Positions 37,897-51,751 are shown, numbered from the stretch's first letter. The stretch: DNA of 64,000 bases from Hormiphora californensis (GCA_020137815.1 CM035360.1:6386001-6450000); one strand, 5' to 3'. Numbers and translations are program-made. The notes: a model not told the origin generated them from the letters alone.

Positions 37897-38652
37897 TAGA
37901 AACACGATTTCTCAAAAACGGTAAACAGTAGCTGCACAATTCCAAAAACATCTTTTAGTGCTAGTGCTTGGCCGTGTTTTAAAGCGAGATGGTGTAAATT
38001 GGTCTATTGTAATAAGAGTTATGACGGTCTTAAATAATAAAGACGATTTTTTAAAAACACGATTTCTCAAAAACGGTAAACAGTAGCTGCACAATTCCAA
38101 AAACATCTTTTAGTGCTAGTGCTTGGCCGTGTTTTAAAGCGAGATGGTGTAAATTGGTCTATTGTAATAAGAGTTATGACGGTCTTAATAAATTAAGACG
38201 ATTTTTACGAAACACGATTTCTCAAAAACGGTAAACAGTAGCTGCACAATTCCAAAAACATCTTTTAGTGCTAGTGCTTGGCCGTTTTTTAAAGCGAGAT
38301 GGTGTAAATTGGTACATTATAACAAGAGTTATGACGGTCTTAAATAATTAAGACGATTTCTAAGAAACACGATTTCTCAAAAACGGTAAACAGTAGCTGC
38401 AAAAAACAAAAAACATCTTTTAGTACTAGTGCTTGACCGTGTTTTAAAGCGAGATGGTGTAAATTAGTCTATTATAACAAGATTATGGCGGTCTTAAATA
38501 ATTAAGACGATTTCTAAGAAACACGATTTCTCAAAAACGGTAAACCGTAACTGTACAATTCCAAAAACATCTTTTAGTGCTAGTGCTTGACCGTGTTTTA
38601 AAGCGGGATGGTGTAAATTGGTCAATCATAACAAGAGTTATGACGGTCTTAA
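37897..38652. repeat. Tandem array of about five ~155-bp units
   Basis: Units start aaacacgatttctcaaaaacggtaaac at ~37900, 38055, 38210, 38366 and 38519, preceded by a short (GATA)n tract. Confidence 0.92.
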
Positions 38653-38779
38653 GATTTAGGAAGATTTTAAATGTATCTCGAGTGTCTACCGATTTTAGAA
38701 AAACTTCTGGCCGGCTCAATTTGGTCGAGAAATGACTCTGTCTGTGGTAAAACCAAAACACATGATACTTGAACCAAAA

Positions 38780-39209
38780 CCGGTAAATCGGGGTCAGACT
38801 GTACTGCATTACTTGAACCAAAACCAAACACGTTTGGTGGATTTCCCGGGGCAACAGAACGTGAAACTATTTTATATCGAAAATAAATGATATGGAGACT
38901 CCCGGGGGCCGGGGTGCTGTCAAGTCCGCTATTCACAAACTGTCCAATCACTTATTAATGAAAGAAAACAAATAAAAGTTGTCTCGTTGCATAAAACACC
39001 TGAGTTTTCCGTTCGATCGCCAGTAACAGTTTTCCAAACTGTGGTCATTCCTATGAATAGCGGACTTGACAGCACCCCGGCCCCCGGGAGTCTCCATATC
39101 ATTTATTTTCGATATAAAATAGTTTCACGTTCTGTTGCACCGGGAAATCCACCAAACGTGTTTGGTTTTGGTTCAAGTAATGCAGTACAGTCTGACCCCG
39201 ATTTACCGG
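38780..39209. repeat. ~156-bp inverted duplication with ~118-bp spacer
   Basis: 38780-38935 is the reverse complement of 39054-39209. Confidence 0.9.
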
Positions 39210-39351
39210 AACCCCGATTTACCGGGAGGACAAACTTCCCCCGATAGAGGAAATTAACGGTTTTTGACCTCTATATACTGGGCTCCCCGGTTTACCGGGC
39301 AAAACCGGAAACCCCATCTCCCGAGTATCCCGGTAAATCGGAGTTCGACTG
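39188..39351. mobile_element. Short Tigger/pogo-like MITE related to 14969-16200
   Basis: TA|cagtctgaccccgatttaccgg ... ccggtaaatcggagttcgactg|TA. Confidence 0.85.
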
Positions 39352-39852
39352 TACAATGAAGGAATTACGTGAATTTCAGTTACATATTTTCGTTGTGTTT
39401 TTTAATTCAAATACAATAGAACGCTAGATGAGTGTTTGTGAATTGTGGGTCATAATAAAAAGCTATTATTACGGGCTGAATCGGGTTTGAAACAGCTGGA
39501 GATGAAATTCGAATCCAACCCAAGTAACCTTAGATTATGTAACCATATTGTTTCCTTGTTTTGTGCGTAGTTGTTAATTTTATTCTACTAAAAAACCGTT
39601 TCTTATTTTGTGAAAATAAATTAATTCAACAAACAACAAATAGTTAAAAACAACACCCCCATTGTTCCATATTATAAACCCCGTGTTACGTGTCTCTTTT
39701 CAAACCGTCGCTTGATTTCAAACAGATATACATCTCTCAAACCTCAGTTTCCAGGTTGTATTTGCCCTATCGCCACCTCATTGCATTTATATCATCACCT
39801 CAGTTTCCTGGTTCACATTGTACATGTGTAACCCAAAATTGTAGGTGTATCA

Positions 39853-42800
39853 TCACGTCCTAAACTTCTTGAATAGCGGGTGTTTCCTTTTCTCCATGTA
39901 TGACATGCCACTACCACCTGGGGAAGACTTGATATCAACAACATCAGCACATCAGCACATCAGCTAGGGAAGACTTGTTGATAAGGGGTGGACAACAAGG
40001 AAACAGTGTTCCGAACACGTGATACAACAAGGAAACACGTGATATCAACAACATGGGTCATGGACACAATTAATGTTAAGAACATGAACATGAACTTATT
40101 GTGGCGGAAATCGTGAAACACACTATATTCTGACTGACCTGATAGGACCCCTGAGTCACCATGTTTTCTAATGTACCGTCCTTTTCCTCGTGAAATACCA
40201 TCTTGGGGTATATCCTCCGTCTGAAACACAACTTACATTAAAATGGGGGCATGGAGTGGAAGAAATCAATGATTATGATCCCAGCCCTCAATCGCATTGA
40301 GTCGCCTGAGACACTGTGTTTAAAAAAAGTAATTCAAAATATGTACACAGCAATCCAAGGAATCACAATTCTCTCATCCTCACCTCTGCATCTGCATCGG
40401 TTGCAGCTAGAACCTTCTGGAGGAGATCAGCTTGTTCTGCCTTGGTAGAGTACTGCAGGTCAGCCTCCTCCATCCCCTCTAACCTGTTAATAACCTGAAA
40501 ATTGGGGTAGTGGGTGGTTAATAACCACTGGTTATGAATAGTGTTAGGTGGTTATCAATAATGGTAATTAACTGCCCTTTTGGGGGGAGGGTGTGGTTGC
40601 CCAAGCTACAATGCAAATGCCAAATGGGAGGGGGAGCAACATGTAAACACTGAAAATCAGGTCTCTGGTGGAAGTTCCTAAAAGAAGCACTGTACCTTGA
40701 AGGCATATCCCTGATTAACGAGGAACCTCTGTCTCTTGTTGCTGTAATACATCTCCTGGGTATCCTGGGTAGAGAGAGAAGATACAATAACGGGGGGGGG
40801 GGGGAATAACTTGGAATATGGCGGTGTACAATGATAAGCAATAAGTGTGGCACTGAGTATTGCACTGAGTAGTGAGTGAGGAATAGAGATAATACCTGCG
40901 AGACGAGGGTGTAAAAGAAGGCATTGTATTCGTCTGACATCATGTTCTTCTTGGCTCGCAGGATACGACCTGGTGGGGCGGGATGGGGTTATATAAAAGT
41001 AAAAGGGGAATTTTGTGCACGTTAAAAAGTGTTACATGCCACTTCCCACCCCCTAACAACAAAGTAATGTTATCCATGAAACGTGTTGTTGTAGAGTTGT
41101 TTCCCCACTGTCTCAACCTACCTTTTTTAATAGTGTCTAAGTCTCAACTCTCGACCTACCTAGACGCTGTGCTTCCTGTCTCCTGGAACCACCGTGGGAG
41201 GAGATCTGAATCAACACATTGGCCTCCGGGAGATCAAATGAGTTGTCACCAACCTGGAATAGCGTGTTTAGTACATAGTTGCTGATGTCACGTGGCTGTG
41301 TCCCAATCTCTTCATATAGTTTGAAAAACAATATCGTCCTAACCTTTGAAATAAATATGGTCGAGCAGATTGGGTTGAATTTGAAGTTTTGCAGAATCTG
41401 CATCCTTTCTGCTTGATGTGTAGGACCGTCAATAAAGGGGCAGTTCATCTTGATGGCATAGTGACGTAGTGCAAAGACATTATCAGAAAACACTATTATC
41501 TGGGAAGGGATTAGTTGTGTTTATAAAGGAGCAAACAACTGTTTTTATGAAGGAGCAGATGTGTTTATGAAGGAGCAGTTATGTTTATAAAGGAGTTACC
41601 TTGTCAGCACGTTGCTCGTGATACCGTATCAGGAACTCACACGCTCGAAACTTGTTGGGGTTCATCGCAAACAGCAACTAAAATGGGCAAATCATGGTCA
41701 CCCGCAGTATACATTTGGGTCAAACAGTTGGACATGACCAAATTCTACTAAAACAAAAAAGTGGTCGGATCAAAAGAACTTACCTTCCGTTTCCTGCTTC
41801 GTATACAGAGGTACTCTCTGTAAAACTCGGGAGTCATTGGACACCACACCTCAGAACAGTGTACACGGGCAATGAATCCATTGTTTTGGAGTTCTCTCCA
41901 GTTAGCCTCGTACAACTTCGGTCCTGGAGGAAGGGGGATGATAACAGTACTTGTAAGATAGGTGGTACGTACTAACTGGTCTGATTCAGACTATTTATGT
42001 AACTACAGCATCACATACCTATTAGAAAGTTAAGGTCAGCAATCTTATCATCCTCTCTGACCAGTGTGGCAGTTAGTCCAAGTTTACAGTGTGCCCTGAC
42101 CTCTGTCAGTACTCGTCTGAACTGTTTAGCTGGGATGGTATGTACCTCGTCAAGGAGAAGTAGACCCCATTCTGAACCGTTTATAAACTCCATCACCTGA
42201 TATCAGGGGAGATGATTAGGTCATTAATTAGGGGCAATTAACAATGGTATATCGGAATATATGAAACACACAGGGGTGGACTAGGAAAAGTTCTGATAAA
42301 CGATAAACAGGCCTAAACAGAGACATTACCTTTTCAGCCTCGTAACTTCGTTTGCTGGTGAAACTGACCATTGAGTAGGTACTAATTGCAATGGCAGTAT
42401 TTGCATCTGGTTTGTCCTTCGTGGAGGATGTGAACCTGTTGGGGGGGGGGGGGGGGGTGCCGGGTGTTAGATGTTATAAAAGGGTGTTAGATGTAAAGGG
42501 GACACTCTTCTCAATTTGATGGGCCTCAGATTCATTATTGTTTCTAAATCTCCTAAATTGCACCAATATATTGTACCTGACGATTAGTTTGCTGTCAATG
42601 TTAGCCCACAGTAGGAACTGGGATCTCCACTGTTCCACAGCGACTGCAGAGGTACACAGAACTAGGCACCTCTTCCTCACCGTACAGGCTGTAGTGACAC
42701 CAACTAATGTCTTACCAGCACCTGTAATAATGGAGTTGAACAATCGGACACAAACAAATTTTAATAATCATACTGTGGAGTGTGCACTGTGCAGCCCCTG

Positions 42801-45800
42801 GCAGCCCGGGCCTGGCTCACCCATTCATAGTGAATGTGCCGGGTGCAGCCCTCATTGATACGAAGTGTAATTAACCATTGTTATGTCCTAACTTCTAACC
42901 CTCCTTTACATCGCAGTGATCAGAGAGGGTCGAGCAAGATACACTAACCACAGGGTTGTACTACCATCATGGAATACCAAACTCCCTAACCACTCACCAC
43001 AAGGTAGGACAATAATTCCACTCCTCGCTCTTCCATTTCCGAACATTTTCCTCAGACTCTTCTCTTGGTAAGGTCGGAGGACTGTCGTGGGCTTTAGGGC
43101 CATTTCTACATTGGGATTTACCGTATCGTTCTTAAAATCATACTCCGCCGAGAGGGGGTAGTCTATCTCCACACACCTGTAAAATTGTACAGTCATGGAG
43201 CTTCTTTAAATATGTCTATTAAGCGAGATTTTAACAAGTTATAATTTATCACAAAACCACTAACCTCCGCTGAACATTCTCTATTTCCTTCTGCCTTATT
43301 TGGAATGCCATTACTTTACTCTCAGTAACCTCCTCCTCCTCATCTTTATCTAGAAACTCCTTCAACGTGTCCTCAGCGTCCTCACCCGCCTGGTGGGAAG
43401 TGATGAAGTTAGGGCGAGGTTAATGGGGTGAGGTTAATGGGGGGAGGTTAGGGTGAATGAGGTAATGAGGAGGTTAGAGTGAGGTAAATAGGAGGTTAAT
43501 GGGGTGAGGTTAGGGTGAATGAGGTAATGAGGAGGTTAATGGGGCGAGGTTAGGGTGAATGAGGTAATGAGGAGGTTAGAATTGGTGAAGGATCTCTACG
43601 GAAAGGGATGTCTCATGTGTCAAAGGGAAAACCGGGATTGGACCTTACCGGGGCATTATTGGTTGAGAACACGTGGGCCTTAGTCGATACATTCTCTTCT
43701 ACCACTTCATTTGATTCTGAATCTCTGGAAATAAATGGACGGAAACTTAGATAGATCAACGACATAATGATAATACAAAATAAACGGAACAACGAGAGGC
43801 AATTCACAGAATGTTGAAAGAAAGCCAATAAAACAGTACTGACCTAGCATTTGATATGACGGGATCCTTTAGTAGAGACTGCAGGACATCAGCGTGGGCT
43901 GTCTCCAGGAAATACTTATTATTCTTCAGAACCAGCTTTACCTTCCCATAACTGCTGGTACACATCCTAATGAATTCAATCACCCCAGGGGAGATCTCTG
44001 TCTTGGAGAGCTGTATAATAAGGAGGGAGTTAGGATTTGATATTCATTATGCAGTGAACCCACTGCCCATGCCCCAGACTCAGTCCTATAATACTGTATA
44101 CAAAGTCAGTATTATAGAGTCAGTATAGATTGCCTTGTTTGACCCTCTCAATCCGCGCCCCGCAACAAATGTAAAGGAGGGTTAGAAAATACCGACCCAG
44201 AGAATATATGGGACACCCTGTAACAAACCTGAGAGAGGTACTTGATAATATCTTCAGTCTGCAGACCAACACTAACAGCAGCGTAGAGGGAGTAAGATGT
44301 CAACTTGTACTCATGGATATTAACAGGCCGTCTCACTGGCTCCGCTATCGCTATCAGGAAGTCGTGGGCCCTCCTGTGAGGACGCGGGGTAATGATTGAT
44401 GAAGTTGATATCAATTAGAGACAGCACAAGTTTTGTATGGATTTGGCACCAAGTAAAACTAAAACCCCGGGGAATTTAGTATCTCCTGACCATAGTCAGG
44501 CCCTATTACTCATTAGTCTCTCTCTCCTGATTGGTAATGAAATTACCCCTCTGCTATAATGGCTCATGCTGTATGCAATAAAAGGGGTGACTTCGTAACC
44601 AACTCTCCTGACCTGTAGAGAGGAGAGAACGATTCCAGGAAGATGTTCCCGTCTGAGGTAAGAAAGAGAGGTCTTGTTGAGTGATCTGTTTTCATCTTCA
44701 CTTCCTTCCTGTAATCGTACGCTCCGTACTCGTCACGTGGTGTTTCTGTGGCAACTGTAATGATGGGGAATTCAGGGTTACTATGACAACTGTAACGGGG
44801 AGTTCAGGGTTACTATGGCAACTGTAATGGGGAGTTCAGGGTTACTATGGCAACTGTAATGATGGGGAGTTCATGGTTACTATGGCAACTGTAATGATGG
44901 GGAGTTCAGGGTTACTATGGCAACTGTAATGGGGAGTTCAGGGTTACTATGGCAACTGTAACGGGGAGTTCATGGTTACTATGGCAACTGTAATGGGGAG
45001 TTCAGGGTTACTATGGCAACTGTAATGATGGGGAGTTCAGGGTTACTATGGCAACTGTAATGGGGAGTTCATGGTTACTATGGCAACTGTAATGGGGAGT
45101 TCAGGGTTACTATGGCAACTGTAATGGGGAGTTCAGGGTTAGATTCGACCAGGAAACGATCGCCAGTGACAATGGTTGATAATGATAATGATTCACGGAT
45201 GATATTGACATTGCTCCTTTATAAGGCAGCAACACCTGTTGTAAAGAACGAGTGAAACCCATCTGTGAAAGTAGCTTTTTCCTGGAATGTGTTTTTATAC
45301 CTTATGTGGACTGAGTGGAGGGTGGTCTAATGGCAAATCTCACTGTTCTGCTATAATAACTGTGTGGCAGCCCGTCCAATATAATAATTAGACCCATAGA
45401 CCCCCATATGATCGCTGTTGAGTTGCCTGTATAATAGACCCCCCCCTCCATGCTCATCTTGTGCATGTCGCTGCGCAGGCTGACATCTATATCATAGTGA
45501 CATGTGTTATTATACAAACATGTGTGTGTCTAAATAGTCTCTCCATCTCTTGTATATATATCATATCTAAAGTCTTGCTCTGTGCTCCATGTGCTGCAGC
45601 AGCTTTGCAGGGGGAGAGGGGGGAGAGTCTATCTCCGGGAGACCTTGACAGAAAGTCTGAGATGCATACTACGCATGATACACTTGCCAACAGTTTACAT
45701 TGCGGGTGATTGCCATCATGTACTGAACACAGCACATTGTGTGTCATGTGTGTGGTGCCTTCGTAATTTGAGACACACATGTGCTGCAGTAATATACAGG

Positions 45801-47885
45801 TTGTGTGTAAAGTTTGAGTGTAGTTTGAGTTGTATGTGTAGACTGAGCTGTGCCTGTCAGAGCATTGGCAAGAACCGCGGTCAGAGTATTGACCTGGCTG
45901 AGCTGTGCTTTAGTTTGAGTTGTGTAGAGTTTGCAGACTGCTGTAGAGGAGAGACAATTATCTAAGCGTTTATGAGCGTAAATATATATGGGAGTAATAT
46001 GCTGCTAAAATAATGCTGAAGGAAGTTGAATATATACCATGCACTTTACTACAGTGGACCTTCCATGTGAAAACGATCCTTCTATTTTCTCCACAGTATA
46101 GTACATATTAGGATCTTTTATCAGTTGCTTCTCTTTTGTCTTGATTTTGATGCGCCACGACTCACATTGTGTGATGGGTCATGTATAATTTAAACGGGAA
46201 TTATCGCCTCTCTTACCCCACCAGAGCTGTTAACTATCACTAGCTATTTCTGCTGCTAAATATATGCATTTAGCCGATAATCCTGTGTGCCGTGATTTCT
46301 CTCTTCCTCTCTCTCTAGCTGATTTACAAACGCCGAGTGATTGCTGCCAGTTACTGAAATAATGTGAAACTTTATAATAAAGCCATTTTAAATCCGCATG
46401 TTCCCGTATTCTGTGACACAATTCAATTGTGGCCTAAATTTAAAATGTCATCTCTAAACTCGTCTAAACTCGTCTCTCTAAACGTCTTTGTTGCTCCAGA
46501 TTTTGAAACGTTCTACCCTGCAGTTTCCTACATTATTATAGCCCTGCAGCAATGGACCCTAACCTGACAGTAGATGAAATAGTGGAGACCTTGTCGCTGA
46601 TGCCCCACTTTGAGGGAGGGTACTTTAGGGAGACATTCAGGGACCCAATGGTGGTTGATGGGGATAGAACTCTGGTTAGCTATATCTACTACATGCTAAC
46701 CCCTACCACGCCCAATACATATTGGGTCAGGAACAAGTAAGATAGTTGTCTCTGTAATTGGAGTCTTTTCTTATTTCAATTTGGTGATCTCAGAACAGAA
46801 AAAGAATCGAAGGATTCTCGGGTCTAAGATATTCAGATACTTATTGATTTTATAATGACCTACTATACTAAACTCTCTCTTGTTCCAGGTCCCCCCACAT
46901 GCACCTTTGGCACGGTGGATCCTCCCAGACCCACATGTTCATCCACCCTGATGGGAGTCTAACGAAACACAAACTAGGTCCGGACCTAAAAAATGGAGAG
47001 ACGATGCAGGTATGATTTCCTTGATTTTACCTTCCAGTGAAATTTTAGTACGAAGTGGTTTGATAAAGATTCCAATAAATGATAGGGGAATTCAGTTTAA
47101 TACATTCAGTTTATACTAAATTGGTTTCAACACCCCATCACCCTCCTCTCTAGGTGCTATCACAAAGTGGCACCCTCCCCGATATGATTGGTTTCATCAC
47201 CCCAACCTTTCTACTACAGGTGCTGTCACCGGGAAACGTATGGAAGCTGAGTGTCACAACTGATCAAACTAAGTGGTCAATCATCTCTGAGGCTGTCTGC
47301 CCTGGATGGGAGGAACGGGACTTTGAATACGGTAATGGACAGGGAATAGGGATGTAGGTAGGGGGGTTTAGAGGGGTTTGGTGAGATAAGAGGGGTAATT
47401 TGGTGATATTTAGAGGTGGGTTCGGAAGATTTTGGTAACAGAGTGTAATTAATCATCTCTTTATTAGGTGATGCGGACAAGTTAGCAGCGGAGTATCCAC
47501 AACACGAGGATATTCTCAGGCGATATTGCAAGAAGAAAGAGCAATAAACCTATAGAGGATCTTGACCACATGTTTGCTTTGAACTTTGACCGAGTTTGTT
47601 GAAAATATTCGTAAAATTTTACTGCTAACTAGAATCAATTGCATATATTATGTGTATCGACTATTTTACCCCGTTAAATTATCAGTGTGTTGATATGTTA
47701 GAGGTTAGAAGAGGGGGTGAGTGACAAAGTATGGGTTTTAGGAAGTATAGTGGTAGTAGTGGATGGTAGAGGGGGATTACATGCTAACCTTTATTGCAGG
47801 ATTGTTTTGCACTGTTTGGAATCGCCAACTTCTTCTTATCTCCATCCTCATCTTCATCTCTTTCATGATGCTTCCTCTTAGACAT
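39853..47885 (-). CDS. ERCC3: TFIIH helicase/translocase subunit XPB (~19 exons)
   Basis: Exon 1 47789-47885 (MSKRKHH..), exon 2 44613-44754 ([22 protein letters not shown]), then [92 protein letters not shown], ending [10 protein letters not shown] at 39853. Confidence 0.97.
43405..43580. repeat. Intronic G-rich minisatellite (gaggttaatgggg-like)
   Basis: Direct reading. Confidence 0.8.
44750..45140. repeat. 32/35-bp minisatellite (~12 units) overlapping the XPB exon 2 acceptor
   Basis: Unit ggcaactgtaat(gat)ggggagttcagggttactat. Confidence 0.95.
46552..47547 (+). CDS. Cupin_5/DUF985 family protein, antisense-nested in XPB intron 1 (44755-47788)
   Basis: Exons: 46552-46736 ([25 protein letters not shown]), 46889-47009 ([18 protein letters not shown]), 47220-47331 ([25 protein letters not shown]), 47468-47547 ([16 protein letters not shown]). 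Confidence 0.9.
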
Positions 47886-48161
47886 ATTCTAACTAGCTGC
47901 AAAGGAGTCACAACAGGGATAAGTATTGGATCTAGGGAACGTTAGATAATTATGATTTGAAACTCCACGACAGTCGGTAGGGGGGGGGGTGGTGGGGGTC
48001 ACAATAGGGATAACAATTGCCGGTGGGAGGGAGAAATAATAAACTTTAGTTTCAATAATAACTTAAAATATCTGCACCACAGAATAACCGGTAACCACAG
48101 AATAACACAAACTCTGTTCACAGCTGATAAGAATGATTCATTTTAAAATTCACAGTTCCTT

Positions 48162-50350
48162 TCATCTCCTATCTATCAGGAAGAAATCATCACTAGATGT
48201 TGGTTCGGGTGCAGGTTCACTGTGGACTCTCCGTTCTGCCTGGTTCAGATCTGGGGCTTGGAGAGATCTCATGTGGGAGAGATTGCGGTCTTTCGACCAC
48301 GCCGCCCGGGATGCGTCACTCACCTCACTACTTGAAACTTTAGCTGAGAGATGGGGTGGAATATAAGTTGAGGGATGGGGGGAATATAAGTTGAAGGATG
48401 GGGGGAATATTAGGTTGTCCCAGAAATAATGTAATGTCCCGATTTCTCCAACTTAGCCCACCGCTTTCGATTTGAAACTTTTATAGCTTGTTCATTTAAC
48501 CCTTGACTCTATAAAACAAGTGTTTGTTTTGAAAAAGTTGGTTTTTTACGTGCCCTGGTGAACCCGGAAACAAGCGAGAAAAAATTTCCGCTGAACGAAA
48601 AATATGCGCATGTTGAAAACACTGCTGTACTTTTTCAGATAAGTGTCTGTAAAATATTTCACTACACCATTCTTGTTTATTGGACAATTTTCTATCGTTT
48701 GAGTGGTGGATGAAGACACAGGTACCACTCGTTGCTGAGCTATGGAGCTCTAAAAAACTTTGGTCAAAATCAGAAATTTTCACTTCCGGGTCACTTCAGG
48801 CATCAGTGGATTGACTTACAAGAATTATTTTAACAGCTATTAATAGTCCCAACTAAGCTCTTAGCCTTGGAGATGCCGAATGTTTGATTTGGTATGGTTT
48901 TGATCTGAAAATTTGAAGTTTTTGAAAGTAGCCATAAAACAGGTCAAAATTCAGGGTGAATTTTTGGATTTTTTCGCTTTTTTGCGGCGTATAAGCTTTG
49001 CCTGACGCTTTCATAGGTTGCGTCGAGACTTAAATCGCATAGATGCATAAACTGTGGACGATGAGCTATCTTTTGGTGCCATTTGGAATTCTGAAAACTC
49101 AAATGGCTTTACTCCAGCGACGTTTTAAGAAATACAAAACTCCCGTTCAGCGGCAACCCGACTTAGGGTATCGCAATACCCAATTATGGGCAGGTGAAAT
49201 CCTCATTCGAGATTCAAGACACGTTACTGAGCTAAAGATTGTCTAATTGACAAGATAGGATCGGTTAGAACTCTCTAACTCATGTATTTCTTGAAAATAT
49301 CGGTACATGACATTATTTCTGGGACAACCTAATATTAGTTGAGGGATTGGGGAATATTAGTTGAGGGATGGGGGAATATTAGTTGAGGGGTTTTTTGAGA
49401 ATATTAGCTAAGAAGGGGGACATTAGTTGGTTCTTGATTGTAGATTGGGGGTGTGTCGTTGACTGCAATTCCAATCTTCATCTGCAATTCCAATCGTCAA
49501 GGAACCCCCCCTCTCCCCGAATACTACCTTTGATTGTCTCCATGATTTCAGTCTGTTCAGCGATTACTTTCTCATCAGTGTAGGGCTCCTTGGGAAGCAG
49601 AGAGATGTACTTTCTACCGACAGGGTAATACTGAAATTAGTGAAGGATGAGAATATAAATCACGACATATTAATTAAATTAATGATAAATTAGAATTTAA
49701 TTCACGGGCAGAAGATGCCAATCATGTGCTACCACATTAATCCCGTACCACAATGTAGTTGATCTGATCTCGTATCTCCTGGATTGCCTTCTCGTCCTTC
49801 TCTTCCTCCTTCTGAGCACTCTTTAACTTCCGAAACAACTTCCTCTTCTCAAAAAACCGAACCTGTAGATGATTAGAATTAATTAACTAATTAACGAATT
49901 AAAACACTTGACGTTCAGGGAAAATAACGCTGGAGAGTGGAGGTTTATTGATAAACTGACCATTTTGTACTTCTCAGAAACTTTCGAATCCTTCGTCGTG
50001 GTCAGTTTGTTTTTCAGCATCTCTAACTTCCGCTCATTCTCTTGGACAACAGTCGGAGGTAGACCCTGAATCATTGTTACCATGGTTAAAAAGGTTACCA
50101 TGGTTACCAAAGGTTACCATAGTTACACCAATATTAATGGGATATCAAACTAACTCCTATATCAACAACTGTTTACCTCCATTCTGAGCATTCTCTGAAC
50201 ATTCCTGATTTCCTTCTTGATCTTTGAGACACCCTGTTTTCCCTTCTTGTTGGTCTCCGATCCCCCAGCTGCTGATGGTGGTCCCTGGTGACGTAGACTG
50301 GGTGTGGGTGCAGTTGAACCAGCCCCTTGGTCCTCTCTCTTTCTTTTCAT
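48162..50350 (-). CDS. EFG1: rRNA-processing protein EFG1-like (DUF2361)
   Basis: Exons: 50177-50350 (SKIKKEIRNVQRML), 49961-50065 (LPPTVVQENERKL..KYKM), 49749-49862 (VRFFEKRK..INYIV), 49528-49630 (YYPVGRKYISL), 48162-48343 (..SDDFFL). Confidence 0.85.
48410..49332. mobile_element. Mariner-like non-autonomous element in the last EFG1 intron
   Basis: TA|ttaggttgtcccagaaataatgt ... acattatttctgggacaacctaa|TA. Confidence 0.88.
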
Positions 50351-50568
50351 TGCAGCTACAACAAAGAAGGGTTGATATAGGGGGAGGGTCAGGGGAAGAT
50401 AGAGGGGTTGAACAAATTGGGATGGCAAATCATTTGTGTGTTGTATTTCAAGTCAGATAAAACATAAAAATATATATAATACTGTACTGACGCCTTCACA
50501 TATCTCTCTCATTTTCTCTCATCCCAGTTGAATCTGTCAACACTGATTTAAACTAAACACACCTTCCT

Positions 50569-51751
50569 CTATTTGACTTTCTTGAGACTCTGTAGGGCTC
50601 GTTTCCTCAACCTTCCCTCATCATCGGATGAAGCTGAGGAGCTGTCAGAGGAGCTATCTGATGAGGACCCAGAGGAGGAGGAAGATGAAGATACCTTCTT
50701 CTTCCTTTTCTCCTCCCCCTTCTTCTTCTTGGGCACTTCAGGGGAGGCGGGCTGCCGTTTCTTGGAGCGAGTGGGAGAGGGAGAGCGCTGTTTCTTCGTT
50801 AGGGTCGGGGATGGTGACCGTCGTTTTTTGGTTGGAGTGGGAGAGCGTCGCTTTTTCACAGGAGATGGTGAGGGGGAACGACGCTTTTTGTTGGGTGATG
50901 GCGAAGATTTCCTTTTCTTCGCAGGGGAAGGAGAAGATTTCCTTTTCTTTGCCGGGGAAGGGGAGCGCCGCTTCTTTTGGCGGGGCGGAGAGGGAGATCT
51001 CTTTTTCTTGCTACTTTTCTTCTGAGGTGTTGGGGATCGGTGCTTTTTAGGGGGTGGGGAGGGTGATCGCCCAGAATCAGAACTAGACGAAGGAGCTGCA
51101 GGTTTCTTGGGTTCCTCCTCGCTAGAGGAAGATGAGGAAGGGGAGGGTTTCCGTTTCTTCTTTTTCTCAACTACCTTCTCTTCTTCAGCAGAGGAAGAAG
51201 CAGAGGAATCAGACTCAGGGGGAGGTGGTGGTGGGGGTGTAGGTGCCTTCTTCTTCTTCCTTCTCTTGGATTTGGTATCACTATCATCAGAGTTAGATTC
51301 CTTTCTGTCCTCCTCACTATCACTCTCCTCAACCCTCTTTTTCTCCTTTTTCTTCTTCAACTTCTTCTTCTTTTCCTTCTTATCCTTCTTCTTTTTCGGT
51401 TCAGGACTCTCTGACCTGGCCTCAGGAGTCTCATCTCTCTGCTCCTTCTGCCTCTTCCTCCTCTTCTCTTCGGCGGGAGAGGGTGAGTCACGGCGCTTTC
51501 TCACTGGACTGTCTCTTTGCCTCCTAGGTGGAGGGGAGGGTGTTCGACGGCGGGGACCCCTTCTTGGGGGACTGTATCCTCCACGACCACCACCCCGATA
51601 TGAGGGTCTCCTACCATATTGGGGAGACCTCCTTCCCCTGTGTTGGTAGTGGGGAGGGGACCGCCTCCTTGGTGATGGTGACCTGAGAGGGGAGGGTAGA
51701 TATTAATAGTGGAGAGAGAGAGAGAAAGAGAGAGGGAGAGAGAGAGGGAGA

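Noticed and set aside
37897-38652. CRISPR-like array (also 44750-45140 and 62849-63102)
   Set aside because: Tandem units without unique spacers, eukaryotic context, no cas genes.
50573-51649. Plus-strand F/G/E-rich ORFs
   Set aside because: Antisense shadows of the SRRM1 RS/K-rich exon.
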